NCBI GenBank assembly: GCA_964637205.1
Contig: CAZWUR010000006.1
Coordinates: 5,780 to 69,779 of the forward strand
Direction of reading: 5' to 3'
Length of the DNA: 64,000 bases
Origin: an uncultured Rubrivivax sp.
GTDB taxonomy: Bacteria; Pseudomonadota; Gammaproteobacteria; Burkholderiales; Burkholderiaceae_C
The notes below the pieces were generated by a model. That model saw only the letters and a list, made by a program, of their open reading frames with translations. It was not told the origin of the DNA and did not search any database. Shown piece after piece: positions 9,548 to 21,807 of this stretch (positions are counted from its first letter, which is position 1; each line of letters begins with the position of its first letter). The position numbers were made by a program, and so were the translations under genes.

Positions 9548-10261
9548 ATGACCCTGCGCGGGCTGGTGCTCCTGCTGGCCACGCTGCTGGGCATGGGCGT
9601 GACGGCGCGACTCGGGCTGTGGCAGCTCGACCGCGCCGCCGAAAAAACCGCGCTGCAGGCGGCGATCGAGCAGCAGGGCGAGCGGCCGCCGCTGGACATG
9701 GCCGCGCTGGCGCGCGACCTGGGCGAGGCCGAAGCCCAGGTGCATCGCCGGGCCGTGGTGGCCGGCACCTGGTTGCCGGAACATGTCGTGCACCTGGACA
9801 ACCGCCAGATGCACGGCCATGCCGGTTTTTTCGTGCTCATGCCGCTGCGCCTGGACGACGGCAGCGTGCTGCTGGTGCAGCGCGGTTGGCGCGCCCGCGA
9901 TTTTGTCGAGCGCATGCGGCTGGCGCCGCTGCCCAGCGCCGAAGGCCAGGTCACTCTGAGCGGGCGCTTGGCCCGCGGGCCGGCGAGGTTGTATCAGTTC
10001 GCCGACGCGCAGCCCGGCCCGATCCGGCAAAATCTCGATCTTTCCGCCTATGCCCGCGAAACCGGGTTGGCACTGCGGCCGCTGATGCTGCTGCAGACCT
10101 CGGCGGCCGACGACGGGCTGCTGCGCGACTGGCCCGAACCGACGGTCGACGTGCACAAGAACTACGGTTACGCCTTCCAGTGGTTTGCGCTGTGCGCGCT
10201 GATCCTTTTCCTGCATGTCTGGTTCCGAATCCTCCGTCCCCGCCGCACGCACCGCGCCTGA
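9548..10261 (+). CDS. SURF1 family protein
   Basis: LGLWQLDRA, LDNR, LVQRGW, YAFQWF. Confidence 0.93.
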   Translation: MTLRGLVLLLATLLGMGVTARLGLWQLDRAAEKTALQAAIEQQGERPPLDMAALARDLGEAEAQVHRRAVVAGTWLPEHVVHLDNRQMHGHAGFFVLMPLRLDDGSVLLVQRGWRARDFVERMRLAPLPSAEGQVTLSGRLARGPARLYQFADAQPGPIRQNLDLSAYARETGLALRPLMLLQTSAADDGLLRDWPEPTVDVHKNYGYAFQWFALCALILFLHVWFRILRPRRTHRA

Positions 10262-10922
10262 AGCGCTGAGCTTGAGCGTGCATTCGATGCCGGCCCCCGA
10301 CATGGCGCTGCGGCGTCAGCGCGTGCGTGGGGGTCGCCTGCGCCTGCTGCTGGTCCTGCTGGCCTGCGCGGCACCGGTGATCGCCTCGTACGTCACCTAC
10401 TATCTGATCCGCCCCGACGGACGCAGCAACTATTCGGCGCTGATCCAGCCTTCGCATGCGCTGCCGAATGATCTGGCGCTGCAGACCCTCGACGGTGTCG
10501 CCGTGGCGCCCGCGTCGCTGCACGGGCAATGGCTGCTGGTGATGGTCGGCGACGCCGCCTGCGCCGCCCCCTGCCAGGCGCAGGTCTATCTGCAGCGCCA
10601 GCTGCCCGAGATGCTGGGTCGCGACCGCGACCGCATCGACCGGGTCTGGCTGCTCACCGGTGACGGCCGCCCGCAGCCCGAACTGCTGCACGCCGCCGAG
10701 GCGACCGGTGCCGTCAGCGTGCTGCGCGCCGACCGCGATGCCGTGTCCCGCTGGCTGCAGCCGGCGAGCGGTCAGGCCCTGGAGGACCACCTCTACCTCG
10801 TCGACCCGATGGGCGAGTGGATGCTGCGCCTGCCGGCCGACCCCGATCCGCAGAAGGCCAGGCGCGACCTCGACAGGCTGCTGCGTGCCTCGGCCTCCTG
10901 GGACCGCGCAGGGCGGGAATGA
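10215..10922 (+). CDS. Membrane-anchored SCO/thioredoxin-like cox assembly protein
   Basis: TM helix, GQWLLV, CAAPC (CxxxC), YLVDPMG; start uncertain. Confidence 0.7.
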   Translation: MSGSESSVPAARTAPEALSLSVHSMPAPDMALRRQRVRGGRLRLLLVLLACAAPVIASYVTYYLIRPDGRSNYSALIQPSHALPNDLALQTLDGVAVAPASLHGQWLLVMVGDAACAAPCQAQVYLQRQLPEMLGRDRDRIDRVWLLTGDGRPQPELLHAAEATGAVSVLRADRDAVSRWLQPASGQALEDHLYLVDPMGEWMLRLPADPDPQKARRDLDRLLRASASWDRAGRE

Positions 10923-10926
10923 ACTG

Positions 10927-12060
10927 ATGCAGACCGTCGCACCGCTCGTCGACCTGGCCCCCACGCTGCGCCTGCTGATGCTGGCGGCGGTGATCGCGCT
11001 GCTGCCGCTGTCCTGGTGGTGGCTTCGCCAGCGCCGGGCAGCACCCCGCGCCCGCCTGGCCGCGCTGACCGCCCTGGCCCTGTTCCTGACCTTCGACCTG
11101 ATCGCCTTCGGCGCCTTCACGCGGCTCACCGACTCCGGTCTGGGCTGCCCCGACTGGCCGGGCTGCTACGGCAGCGCCAGCCCGCTCGGCGCGCACCAGG
11201 AGATCCATGCGGCGCAGACCGCGATGCCCAGCGGGCCGGTGACCTTCTCCAAGGCCTGGATCGAAATGATCCACCGCTACCTGGCGATGACGGTCGGCGT
11301 CCTGATCCTCGTGCTTGCGGCCTTTTCCTGGGCGGTGCGGCGGCAGATCCCGCAATCGCCCTGGTGGCCGACGCTGACCCTGGTCTGGGTGATCGTGCAG
11401 GGCCTGTTCGGCAAGTACACGGTGACGCTCAAGCTCTACCCGGCGATCGTCACCCTGCATCTGCTCGGCGGCCTGGTGCTGCTGGTGCTGCTGGTGCGCC
11501 AGCAGGCGCAACTGGCGCCACATCCCTTGCCGGCCGCGGCCGGTCTGCGCCGGGGCCTGGCACTCGGGCTCGGCGTGTTGTTCGTGCAGGTCGCCCTGGG
11601 CGGCTGGGTCAGCACCAATTACGCGGTCCTGGCCTGCAGCGGATTCCCCGCCTGCAACGGCCAGTGGTGGCCGGAGATGGCTTTCGGCGACGGCTTCACG
11701 GTGCTGCGCCACCTGGGACAGGACGGGGACGGCGCCCTGCTGACCTTGCCGGCCCTGGTGTCGATTCACTTCGTGCACCGCGCCTTTGCCCTGCTCGTGA
11801 CCGGCGTGCTCGGCCTGCTGAGCTGGCGGCTGTGGCGTGCCGGTGCGCGGCCCGAGGGCGCGGTGCTGGCCGGCCTGTTGCTGCTGCAATGGGCCAGCGG
11901 CCTGTCCAATGTCGTGCTCGGCTGGCCGCTGCTGGCGGCCCTGGGGCATACCGCGGGCGCGGCGGCGATGGCCGGCTGGCTGGCGCGGCTGCACGCGCGC
12001 ACGGCGCCGCAGCCGGTCGCGCTGGCTTCGACCGGGCCGCTGCTGCGAGCGGCGCTGTAG
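10927..12060 (+). CDS. ctaA: Heme A synthase (CtaA/Cox15)
   Basis: TRLTDSGLGCPDWPGC, EMIHR, second Cys pair, FVHR. Confidence 0.93.
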   Translation: MQTVAPLVDLAPTLRLLMLAAVIALLPLSWWWLRQRRAAPRARLAALTALALFLTFDLIAFGAFTRLTDSGLGCPDWPGCYGSASPLGAHQEIHAAQTAMPSGPVTFSKAWIEMIHRYLAMTVGVLILVLAAFSWAVRRQIPQSPWWPTLTLVWVIVQGLFGKYTVTLKLYPAIVTLHLLGGLVLLVLLVRQQAQLAPHPLPAAAGLRRGLALGLGVLFVQVALGGWVSTNYAVLACSGFPACNGQWWPEMAFGDGFTVLRHLGQDGDGALLTLPALVSIHFVHRAFALLVTGVLGLLSWRLWRAGARPEGAVLAGLLLLQWASGLSNVVLGWPLLAALGHTAGAAAMAGWLARLHARTAPQPVALASTGPLLRAAL

Positions 12061-12981
12061 ATGCGGGAGCCCACGATGTCCACGACCCTGGCCGTACCGG
12101 TGTCGCGCCGCTCGCGTCTTGCGCAGTACCTCGCGCTGACCAAGCCGCGGGTGATCCAGCTGATCGTGTTCTGCGCCCTGATCGGCATGCTGCTGGCGCA
12201 ACCCGGCTGGCCCGACTGGGGCCGCGTGGCCCTGGCCAGCGCCGGCATCTGGCTGGTGGCCAGCGCCGCCGCGGCCTTCAACTGCCTGGTCGAGCAGCAG
12301 ATCGATCGGCGCATGGCGCGCACCGCCTGGCGCCCGACCGCCAAGGGCGAGCTGAGCAGCCTGCAGGCCCTGGTCTTCTCGACCCTGCTGTGCGTCGCCG
12401 GCTGTGCCCTGCTGGCCCTGACCGTGAATGCACTGACGATGTGGCTGACCCTGGCCACCTTCGTCGGCTACGCGGTGATCTACACCGTGGTGCTGAAGCC
12501 GCTGACGCCGCAGAACATCGTCATCGGCGGCGCCTCGGGCGCGATGCCGCCGGTGCTCGGCTGGGCAGCGATGCGCGGCGACATCGGGCCCGAGGCCTGG
12601 ATCATGTTCCTCATCATCTTCCTGTGGACGCCGCCGCACTTCTGGGCGCTGGCGCTGTACCGGGTCGAGGACTACCGCCGGGCCGGCCTGCCGATGCTGC
12701 CGGTGACGCATGGCTCGGAGTTCACGCGGCTGCAGGTGCTGCTCTATACCCTGGTGCTGTTCGCCGCCACCCTGCTGCCCTTCATCCAGGGCATGAGCGG
12801 CGCGATCTACCTCGCCGCGGCCCTGGTGCTGGGCGCCATGTTCATCCTCTACGGCTGGCAGCTCTGGCGCGACTACAGTGATGCGCTTGCCCGCCGTACC
12901 TTCCGCTTCTCGATCTGGCACCTGTCGCTGCTCTTCGCGGCGCTCTTGCTCGACCACTACCTGATGCCATGGCTGTCCTGA
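12061..12981 (+). CDS. cyoE: Protoheme IX farnesyltransferase (heme O synthase)
   Basis: [30 protein letters not shown]; start may be 12076. Confidence 0.95.
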   Translation: MREPTMSTTLAVPVSRRSRLAQYLALTKPRVIQLIVFCALIGMLLAQPGWPDWGRVALASAGIWLVASAAAAFNCLVEQQIDRRMARTAWRPTAKGELSSLQALVFSTLLCVAGCALLALTVNALTMWLTLATFVGYAVIYTVVLKPLTPQNIVIGGASGAMPPVLGWAAMRGDIGPEAWIMFLIIFLWTPPHFWALALYRVEDYRRAGLPMLPVTHGSEFTRLQVLLYTLVLFAATLLPFIQGMSGAIYLAAALVLGAMFILYGWQLWRDYSDALARRTFRFSIWHLSLLFAALLLDHYLMPWLS

Positions 12982-13580
12982 TGTTTCGTCGAACCCTCCT
13001 GTGCGCCGCGGCGCTTGCCCTCGCCGCCTGCGGCAAGACCGCCGATGCCCCCGCCTTCAAGGCAGTGGACATCACCGGCGCCGACTATGCCCAGACCCTG
13101 TCCCTGCCCGACGCCGACGGCCGCGTGCGCTCCCTGGACGATTTCCGCGGCAAGGTGCTGGTGATCTTCTTCGGCTACACCCAATGCCCCGACGTGTGCC
13201 CGACGACGCTGGCCGAGCTCGCGGCCGTGAAGCAGCAGCTCGGGCCGGCGGGGGCCGACGTGCAGGGCATCTTCGTCACGGTCGACCCGGCACGCGACAG
13301 CGCGGCGGTGCTGAAGTCCTATGTCGGCAGCTTCGGCGGCGACTTCGTCGCGCTGCGCGGCGACGAGGCGCAGACCCAGGCGGCGGCCAAGGCCTTCAAG
13401 GTCTACTTCGCCAAGGTGCCGGGCGCCAGCGAGACGAGCTACACGATGGACCACACCGCGGCGAGCTATGTCTTCGACCGCCAGGGCCGGGTGCGCCTGT
13501 TCACGCGCTACGGCACCGGCACCGAGGCCCTGGTGCACGACCTGAAGATCCTGCTCGACGAAAAGCCCGCCGCCGGCTGA
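12981..13580 (+). CDS. SCO1/SenC copper chaperone, lipoprotein
   Basis: Lipobox LAAC, FFGYTQCPDVCP, YTMDH; TGATG overlap with cyoE. Confidence 0.92.
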   Translation: MFRRTLLCAAALALAACGKTADAPAFKAVDITGADYAQTLSLPDADGRVRSLDDFRGKVLVIFFGYTQCPDVCPTTLAELAAVKQQLGPAGADVQGIFVTVDPARDSAAVLKSYVGSFGGDFVALRGDEAQTQAAAKAFKVYFAKVPGASETSYTMDHTAASYVFDRQGRVRLFTRYGTGTEALVHDLKILLDEKPAAG

Positions 13581-13602
13581 GCGACCCGGCCGTGGCGGAG
13601 CC

Positions 13603-14532
<930 letters not shown>

Positions 14533-14572
14533 GCGGGTCGGACTCCCGTTGAAATCCTTTGGTTCCCCCATT

Positions 14573-14599
14573 TTAGCACTCGGCGGGAGGGAGTGCTGA
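14573..14599. promoter_or_regulatory. CIRCE operator (HrcA site) upstream of rpoH
   Basis: TTAGCACTC-GGCGGGAGG-GAGTGCTGA, one mismatch to TTAGCACTC-N9-GAGTGCTAA; overlaps a TAAAAT -10 on the minus strand. Confidence 0.92.
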
Positions 14600-14627
14600 T
14601 CGCAACGACACAAAAGTATGTGTACGC

Positions 14628-17600
14628 TCACTCTCCCCAGATCGTATCCATCTGCTCGAGCAGCGCATCGACATGCTGGAGCAGTTCGGACAGGCTCAAG
14701 GGCTTGGCCAGGTAGGCCGAAGCGCCCGCCCGCAGGGCCCGCTCGACACGTTCCGGCGTCGCGTCGGCCGAGAGCACGATCACCGGGATGCCCGAGGTGT
14801 TGGCGTCGGTCTTCAGGTGCGTCAACAGGTCCAGGCCGTCGATATCGGGCAGATGCATGTCCAGCAGCAGCAGGTCCGGGCGACGCTGGCGCAGGTCGGC
14901 GAGCGCGTCCAGGCCCATCGTCGAGACCGTCAGTTCGATCTGCGGGCGCTGGGCCAGCATGCCGCGCATCAGGACCACATTCGTCTCGTTGTCCTCGACG
15001 TAGTGCACATGCCGCCGTCGGTACTGTCCGTCAACCCGGGGTGCGAGCGCTTCCCTACTGGGCGTGCTGCCCGACGTGGCCCGGGGCAGGCGCAGCTCGA
15101 AGGTCGACCCCCGGCCGCGCCGGCTGCTGGCCTCCAGCGACCCGCCCATGCACTCGGCCAGGCGGCGGCTGATGACGAGCCCGATGCCGGTGCCTTCGAT
15201 CCCCGAGCTCTCGCGGCCCAGCCGGTTGAAGGGCTGGAACAGTTGCGCCAGTTCTTCGGGGTCGAGCCCGACGCCGCTGTCGTGCACGCGGAAGATCACC
15301 TGGCCATCGGCCTGCACACCGACGTCGACCTCGACCAGCCCACCTTCGACGTTGTACTTGACGGCGTTCGACAGCAGGTTGGTCAGGATCTGCTTGACCC
15401 GGGTCTCGTCGCCCAGCACGGGGGGCGTGCCGGGGCTCACCCGGGGCGGCGCAAGCGTCACCTGGCGGCGCTCGGCGGCCGCGGCGACCAGGGATTGCGT
15501 GGCCGTCAGCAGGGCCTGCGGGTCCAGCGGCGCCGGGTTCAGGCGCAGTGCACCGGATTCGATCATCGACAGGTCCAGGGTGTCGTTGATCATGTTCAGC
15601 AGATGCCAGCCGGCGTCCTGGATCTGGTCGGTCCAGCGCCGCTGGTGGCCGGCCAGGGCCGGCGTCGCGTCGCGCGCCAGGAGCTGCGAAAAACCGAGCA
15701 TCGCGTTCAGCGGCGTGCGCAGTTCGTGGCTCATGCGGCCGACGAACTCGCTCTTCGCATGGCTGGCGGCTTCGGCATGTTCACGCGCGCGCTCGCTGGC
15801 CTCGAGCTGCAGGTGCTCGCCGATGTCCTCGACCACGCCGACCAGGCGGGTCGGCCGGCCGTCGGCGTCGGCCAGCGTCGACAGGTCCAGGCGGACCGTC
15901 ACTTCCCGGCCCGCGGCGCCGACCAGGCGCAGCTGCCGGCGCGCCAAGGCCCGGACGCCACTGCCGAGTTCGTGCACCAGAGCCTTCACCGCCGCCCGGT
16001 CGTCGGCGTGCGCCCAGTCGGCCAGATGCGGCGGCGGCGTCGGCAGGGCCGCCAGCCCCAGCATCGCCAGCAGGCTGGGATTGGCTTCGTGCACGCGCCC
16101 CGCCGCGTCGGCATAGACCACGCCGATGGGCACATGGTCGACGATGTTGCGCAGTCGTTCCTGACTTTCACGCAGGGCGTGGCCGGTGGCCTGCAGGTCG
16201 GCCGTGCGTTCGGCGACGGCGGTCTCGATGCGCTGCTGGCGCCCGGAGACGATGAGCAGCAGCGCACCCAGCCACGAAATCGACAGCAGCCCGGCCACCG
16301 AGAAGGCCCAGGCGCCGCCATCGGCCAGTCCCGGCACGCCGTCGGCGGTGGCCCAGACACGCAGCCGCAGCGGCCGCCCCGCGAGGTCGAAGATGTGGTC
16401 GTAGTCCAGGCTGGCCGAAGCGGCGGATTCGCAGCCCTCGGGGCCGGCCAGGCGCGCGCGGGCCACGCCCGGTGCCAGGTCCGACAGGCACCAGTCGAGG
16501 TAGTTCGGCCGGTCGGCCAGCACGTCGGTCAGCATCGCGTCCAGGCGCAGCGTGACGAACACGGTGCCGCGCAAGGCGGCCTGACGCGCGGCGGCGTCCG
16601 TCGGCTGGCCCCGGAACAGGGGCTGGTAGAGCACGATGCCGGTTTGGTCGCCGGTGGCCTGGGTGAGCCGGAAGCCGGCGCTGGCCGCTGGCCTGCCGCT
16701 GCGCACCGCCTCGGCGATGGCCGCGCGGGCGGCCGGGATCGAGCGCTGGTTGACCCCCAGCGCCGGCCGATTGACCCCCAGCGGCTCGATGTAGCGGATC
16801 GCCAGCACGTCGGCGTCGGCGGCAGCTTCCGGGGCCTCCGGCCGGTCGAAGACGCGCAAGCCCGGCTCGGGCCCTTCGGCGCCGACCCGCCGCTCGAAGG
16901 CCGGGATGTCCTGGCGCAGGACGCGCTCGCTGTAGCCGATGGCCAGCAGATAGGGCTGGTCCTCGAGCCAGGCCCGCGAAGCCTGCCGCATCGCGTCGGG
17001 ATCGATCGTCTGCCGCGTGTCGAACAGGGCATGCATCGCCAGCAGCGCACGCTGCGGCCCTTTCAGTTGCGCCGCCACGCGTTCGCCGAGCGCCCAGGCA
17101 TCGCGCTCGAAGGCGGTGCGCACGCGCTTGTCGTGGGCGGCGATGATCCAGGCCGTGGCCGCCGCCAGCAGCAGCGACGCGGCCAGCATCGGCAGTGCCA
17201 CCACCCGGCGGCGCCGGCGCCACTCGGACTGCGGCCGTCCGATGAAGGTCAGCGCGATCGGCGCGGCGATGAGCACGCCCAGGGTGTCGCCGGTCCACCA
17301 GATGCCCCAGGTCTCGCTGCCCTGGGAGGCGGGCACCACGCCGGCGGCGGCCATGACCAGGGTGGCGACGCTGGCGCTGACGAGGCTGGCGATGGGCGCG
17401 CCAAGCAGGACGAAACGAAACAGCTCGCGCGGTTCGGCCAGGGTCGGCGACCGCCCGACGAAGCGCCGCACCAGACCCAGGCCGAGCGCGGCCTGGACAC
17501 CGACACCCAGGGCGATGCCCAGGGCCGTGACCAGGCTCGGGGCCATCGGCAGGCCACGCTGCGGGCCCAGCCAGAACTGGATCGCCAGGGCGCCCAGCGT

Positions 17601-17789
17601 GGCGCCGAACACCCCGTGGCGGCCGAAGGTGATGGCCGCGGCGAGGGCCAGGCCCGCCGCCAGATAGATCGGGCTGGCATAGCTGGGCGCGACGGCCAGG
17701 CTCAGCGACAGGCCGCCCAGAACGGCGTAGGCCAGGGCCGTGGCAAGGACCACGGCCAGACCGCGGACAGGTGCAGGAACGTGCTTCAT
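14628..17789 (-). CDS. Hybrid sensor histidine kinase (MASE1-CHASE-PAS-HisKA-HATPase-REC)
   Basis: Multi-TM N-terminus with WWTGD, CHASE-like YIEP..N..ALG, SHELRTPLN, NLLSNAVKY, GTGIGL, receiver LLLDMHLPD. Confidence 0.9.
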   Translation of the reverse strand: MKHVPAPVRGLAVVLATALAYAVLGGLSLSLAVAPSYASPIYLAAGLALAAAITFGRHGVFGATLGALAIQFWLGPQRGLPMAPSLVTALGIALGVGVQAALGLGLVRRFVGRSPTLAEPRELFRFVLLGAPIASLVSASVATLVMAAAGVVPASQGSETWGIWWTGDTLGVLIAAPIALTFIGRPQSEWRRRRRVVALPMLAASLLLAAATAWIIAAHDKRVRTAFERDAWALGERVAAQLKGPQRALLAMHALFDTRQTIDPDAMRQASRAWLEDQPYLLAIGYSERVLRQDIPAFERRVGAEGPEPGLRVFDRPEAPEAAADADVLAIRYIEPLGVNRPALGVNQRSIPAARAAIAEAVRSGRPAASAGFRLTQATGDQTGIVLYQPLFRGQPTDAAARQAALRGTVFVTLRLDAMLTDVLADRPNYLDWCLSDLAPGVARARLAGPEGCESAASASLDYDHIFDLAGRPLRLRVWATADGVPGLADGGAWAFSVAGLLSISWLGALLLIVSGRQQRIETAVAERTADLQATGHALRESQERLRNIVDHVPIGVVYADAAGRVHEANPSLLAMLGLAALPTPPPHLADWAHADDRAAVKALVHELGSGVRALARRQLRLVGAAGREVTVRLDLSTLADADGRPTRLVGVVEDIGEHLQLEASERAREHAEAASHAKSEFVGRMSHELRTPLNAMLGFSQLLARDATPALAGHQRRWTDQIQDAGWHLLNMINDTLDLSMIESGALRLNPAPLDPQALLTATQSLVAAAAERRQVTLAPPRVSPGTPPVLGDETRVKQILTNLLSNAVKYNVEGGLVEVDVGVQADGQVIFRVHDSGVGLDPEELAQLFQPFNRLGRESSGIEGTGIGLVISRRLAECMGGSLEASSRRGRGSTFELRLPRATSGSTPSREALAPRVDGQYRRRHVHYVEDNETNVVLMRGMLAQRPQIELTVSTMGLDALADLRQRRPDLLLLDMHLPDIDGLDLLTHLKTDANTSGIPVIVLSADATPERVERALRAGASAYLAKPLSLSELLQHVDALLEQMDTIWGE

Positions 17790-17876
17790 GGCGTCGGTGA
17801 GCGCACCCTAACACCCCAGGCGGGCGGCCGCCTGCGGTTCAGGGGGCTGCGCGGCCCTCAGGGCAGCGGCCGTCCG

Positions 17877-18971
<1,095 letters not shown>

Positions 18972-19030
18972 CGGGGGTTCTCGCTGGGTTCGGGGGAACC
19001 CACGATTTTAGGCGGTCGGGCCCGCCGCGC

Positions 19031-19831
19031 TCACCCGCGCTCGAGGCGCGCCCAGGCGCTGTGGTTGTGGATCGACTCGAAGTTCTCGACTTCCACCGCG
19101 TAGCGCCCGATGCGCGCATCGCGGTTGAGCGCCAGGGCCACGTCGCGCACCAGATCCTCGACGAACTTGGGGTTTTCGTAGGCGCGCTCGGTGACCCATT
19201 TTTCGTCGGCGCGCTTGAGCATCGGCCAGATCTCGCAGCTGGCGGCGTCCTCGGCAAAACGCACCAGCTCCTGCCATTCGACGGCCTGCAGCAACTCGAC
19301 GCGGATGGTCACCACCGAGCGCTGGTTGTGCGCCCCGTAGTCGGAGATCTCCTTGCTGCAGGGGCACAGGCTTTTCACCGGCACCGCGACTTCGGCCTGC
19401 ACGGTGGTGAGCCCGGCGCGTGTCTCGGCGATCCAGCGGCCCTGGTAGTCGAGCAGGCTGCTCAGGCCGGAGACCGGCGCGCGCTTGCGGATGAAGAACT
19501 CGAATCCGGCCTCGATGCGGCCCTCGCTGGCGTGCAGCCGCTCGAGCATCTCGGCGTGGCGCCGGCGCAGGCTGGCCGCGTCCAGCGGCTCGCCGGCCTC
19601 GGCCAGGGCGTCCAGCCAGGCCACGAAGCGCGACATGTGGGTGCCCTTCTGCTCGGCCGGCAGGGCCACGTCCAGGGTCCAGCGCGCGGCGGTGCTCTGC
19701 ACGGCGCCCGCCACGCGCAGCTGCAGCGGGTAGCGCAGGTCCTTCACGCCGACACGCTGGATCGGCAGGTGGCGCTCGTCGCGCGCACTCTGCGTGTCGG
19801 GGATGTGGAGGGCGTCGCTGAGGTTGTTCAT
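19031..19831 (-). CDS. folE2: GTP cyclohydrolase IB
   Basis: [39 protein letters not shown]. Confidence 0.95.
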   Translation of the reverse strand: MNNLSDALHIPDTQSARDERHLPIQRVGVKDLRYPLQLRVAGAVQSTAARWTLDVALPAEQKGTHMSRFVAWLDALAEAGEPLDAASLRRRHAEMLERLHASEGRIEAGFEFFIRKRAPVSGLSSLLDYQGRWIAETRAGLTTVQAEVAVPVKSLCPCSKEISDYGAHNQRSVVTIRVELLQAVEWQELVRFAEDAASCEIWPMLKRADEKWVTERAYENPKFVEDLVRDVALALNRDARIGRYAVEVENFESIHNHSAWARLERG

Positions 19832-19904
19832 GCTGCAGAGTGAATGGTCGCACCAATTGCCCGACCCTGTCGTCGCCACGGCGTCATCACGCCGTCCGGG
19901 CTCG

Positions 19905-21806
19905 TCAATGGTTGGCCGCAGGGCGCAGCAGGGCCGGCCGGCTGCCGAAGCGCTCGCGGATGCCGGCTTCGATGCCGGCGGCGTCCAGGCCGAGCAGCGC
20001 CAGCAGCTTGCCCGGGTCGCCATGTTCGCTGAAATGGTCCGGCAGGCCGAGCTGCAGCAGCGGCGCCTGCACGCCGGCGGCGGCCAGGCACTCGGCCACG
20101 GCGCTGCCGGCGCCGCCCATCACGCAGCCTTCCTCGACCGTGACCAGGGCCTCGTGCGTGCGCGCCAACTCGAGCACCAGCTCGCTGTCCAGCGGCTTCA
20201 CGAAGCGCATGTCGACCACCGTCGCGTCCAGGGTCTCGGCCGCCTTCAGCGCCGGGTGCAGCAGGGTGCCGAAGGCCAGGACCGCGATGCGGCTGCCCCT
20301 GCGCCGCAGCAGGCCCTTGCCCCAGGGCCACTCGGCAAACCCCGTTCCGGCGTCGACCCCGACCCCGGCGCCGCGCGGGTAGCGCACCGTCACCGGGTGG
20401 TTCTGGCGGAAGGCGGTGGTCAGCGCCTGGCGGCACTCGGCTTCGTCCGAAGGCACGAGCACGCTCATGTTCGGGATGCAGCGCGTGTAGGCGATGTCGT
20501 AGGCACCGGCATGCGTGGGGCCGTCGGCGCCGACGATGCCGGCGCGGTCAAGCGCGAACACCACCGGCAGGTTCTGCAGTGCCACGTCGTGGACCAGCTG
20601 GTCGTAGCCGCGCTGCAGGAAGGTGGAGTAGATCGCGAGCACCGGTTTCAGGCCCTCGCAGGCCAGGCCCGCGGCGAAGGTGACCGCATGCTGCTCGGCG
20701 ATGCCGACATCGTGGTAGCGACGCGGGAAGCGCTTCTGGAACTCGACCATGCCCGAGCCTTCGCGCATCGCCGGCGTGATGCCGACGAGGCGGCTGTCGG
20801 CCTCGGCCATGTCGCACAGCCAGTTGCCGAAGACCTGGGTGAAGGTCGGCCTGGACGGCGCGACCACCTTCGGAAACCCCTCGGCCGGGTTGAACTTGCC
20901 GCTCGCCGCGTGGTACTTGACCGGGTCGGCCTCGGCCAGCTTGTAGCCGTAGCCCTTCTTCGTGACCACGTGCAGGAACTGCGGGCCGCCGCGCCCACGC
21001 AGGTTCTCCAGGGTCGGGATCAGCGAGTCGAGGTCATGGCCGTCGATCGGGCCGACGTAGTTGAAGCCGAATTCCTCGAAGATCGTGCCCGGCACGACCA
21101 TGCCCTTGGCGTGCTCCTCGAGGCGGCGCGCCAGCTCGAACAGCGGCGGCGCGTTCTTCAGCACCGCCTTCGCGCCTTCGCGGGCTGCGGCATAGAACTG
21201 GCCGCTCATCAGCCGCGCCAGGTACTTGTTCAGCGCGCCCACCGGCGGGCTGATCGACATGTCGTTGTCGTTCAGGATCACCAGCAGATCGGCATTGATG
21301 CCGGCGTGGCTGACGCCGGCGTTGTTGAGTGCCTCGAAGGCCATGCCGGCGCTCATCGCACCGTCGCCGATGATGGCCACCGCCTTGCGTTCTTCGCCCT
21401 TGAGCTGCGCCGCCAGCGCCATGCCCAGCGCCGCGCTGATGCTGGTCGAGCTGTGCGCGGTGCCGAAGGCGTCGTATTCACTCTCGTCGCGCTTGGGGAA
21501 CCCGGCCACGCCGCCGAACTGGCGCAGCGTGTGCATGCGTTCGCGGCGGCCGGTGAGCACCTTGTGCGGGTAGGTCTGGTGGCCGACGTCCCAGACCAGG
21601 CGGTCGTGCGGCGTGTTGAAGACGTAGTGCAGCGCAACGGTGAGCTCGACGGTGCCCAGGTTGCTGCCCAGGTGGCCGCCGGTCTGCGACACGGTCTGGA
21701 GCACAAATTCGCGCAGCTGCGCCGCCACGGCGGGCAAGTCGGCGCGGCCCAGGCGGCGCAGATCGGCCGGGAGCTGGATGCGCTCGAGCAGGGGAAACTT
21801 CACCAT
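19905..21806 (-). CDS. dxs: 1-deoxy-D-xylulose-5-phosphate synthase
   Basis: [23 protein letters not shown] motif, [12 protein letters not shown]. Confidence 0.98.
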   Translation of the reverse strand: MVKFPLLERIQLPADLRRLGRADLPAVAAQLREFVLQTVSQTGGHLGSNLGTVELTVALHYVFNTPHDRLVWDVGHQTYPHKVLTGRRERMHTLRQFGGVAGFPKRDESEYDAFGTAHSSTSISAALGMALAAQLKGEERKAVAIIGDGAMSAGMAFEALNNAGVSHAGINADLLVILNDNDMSISPPVGALNKYLARLMSGQFYAAAREGAKAVLKNAPPLFELARRLEEHAKGMVVPGTIFEEFGFNYVGPIDGHDLDSLIPTLENLRGRGGPQFLHVVTKKGYGYKLAEADPVKYHAASGKFNPAEGFPKVVAPSRPTFTQVFGNWLCDMAEADSRLVGITPAMREGSGMVEFQKRFPRRYHDVGIAEQHAVTFAAGLACEGLKPVLAIYSTFLQRGYDQLVHDVALQNLPVVFALDRAGIVGADGPTHAGAYDIAYTRCIPNMSVLVPSDEAECRQALTTAFRQNHPVTVRYPRGAGVGVDAGTGFAEWPWGKGLLRRRGSRIAVLAFGTLLHPALKAAETLDATVVDMRFVKPLDSELVLELARTHEALVTVEEGCVMGGAGSAVAECLAAAGVQAPLLQLGLPDHFSEHGDPGKLLALLGLDAAGIEAGIRERFGSRPALLRPAANH

Positions 21807-21807
21807 C

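Noticed and set aside
14533..14631. N-terminal extension of RpoH given in the ORF track
   Set aside because: It runs through the CIRCE operator and -10 element; ATG 14532 with a GGGAG RBS is more plausible
18975..19010. TGGGTTC-gggg-GAACCCA hairpin upstream of ychF
   Set aside because: Real inverted repeat, but it overlaps the likely start site next to the TAAAAT -10 and has no U-tract; its function cannot be supported
19031..19831. folE2 in the xseB-ispA-dxs operon as a novelty
   Set aside because: Common arrangement in Betaproteobacteria
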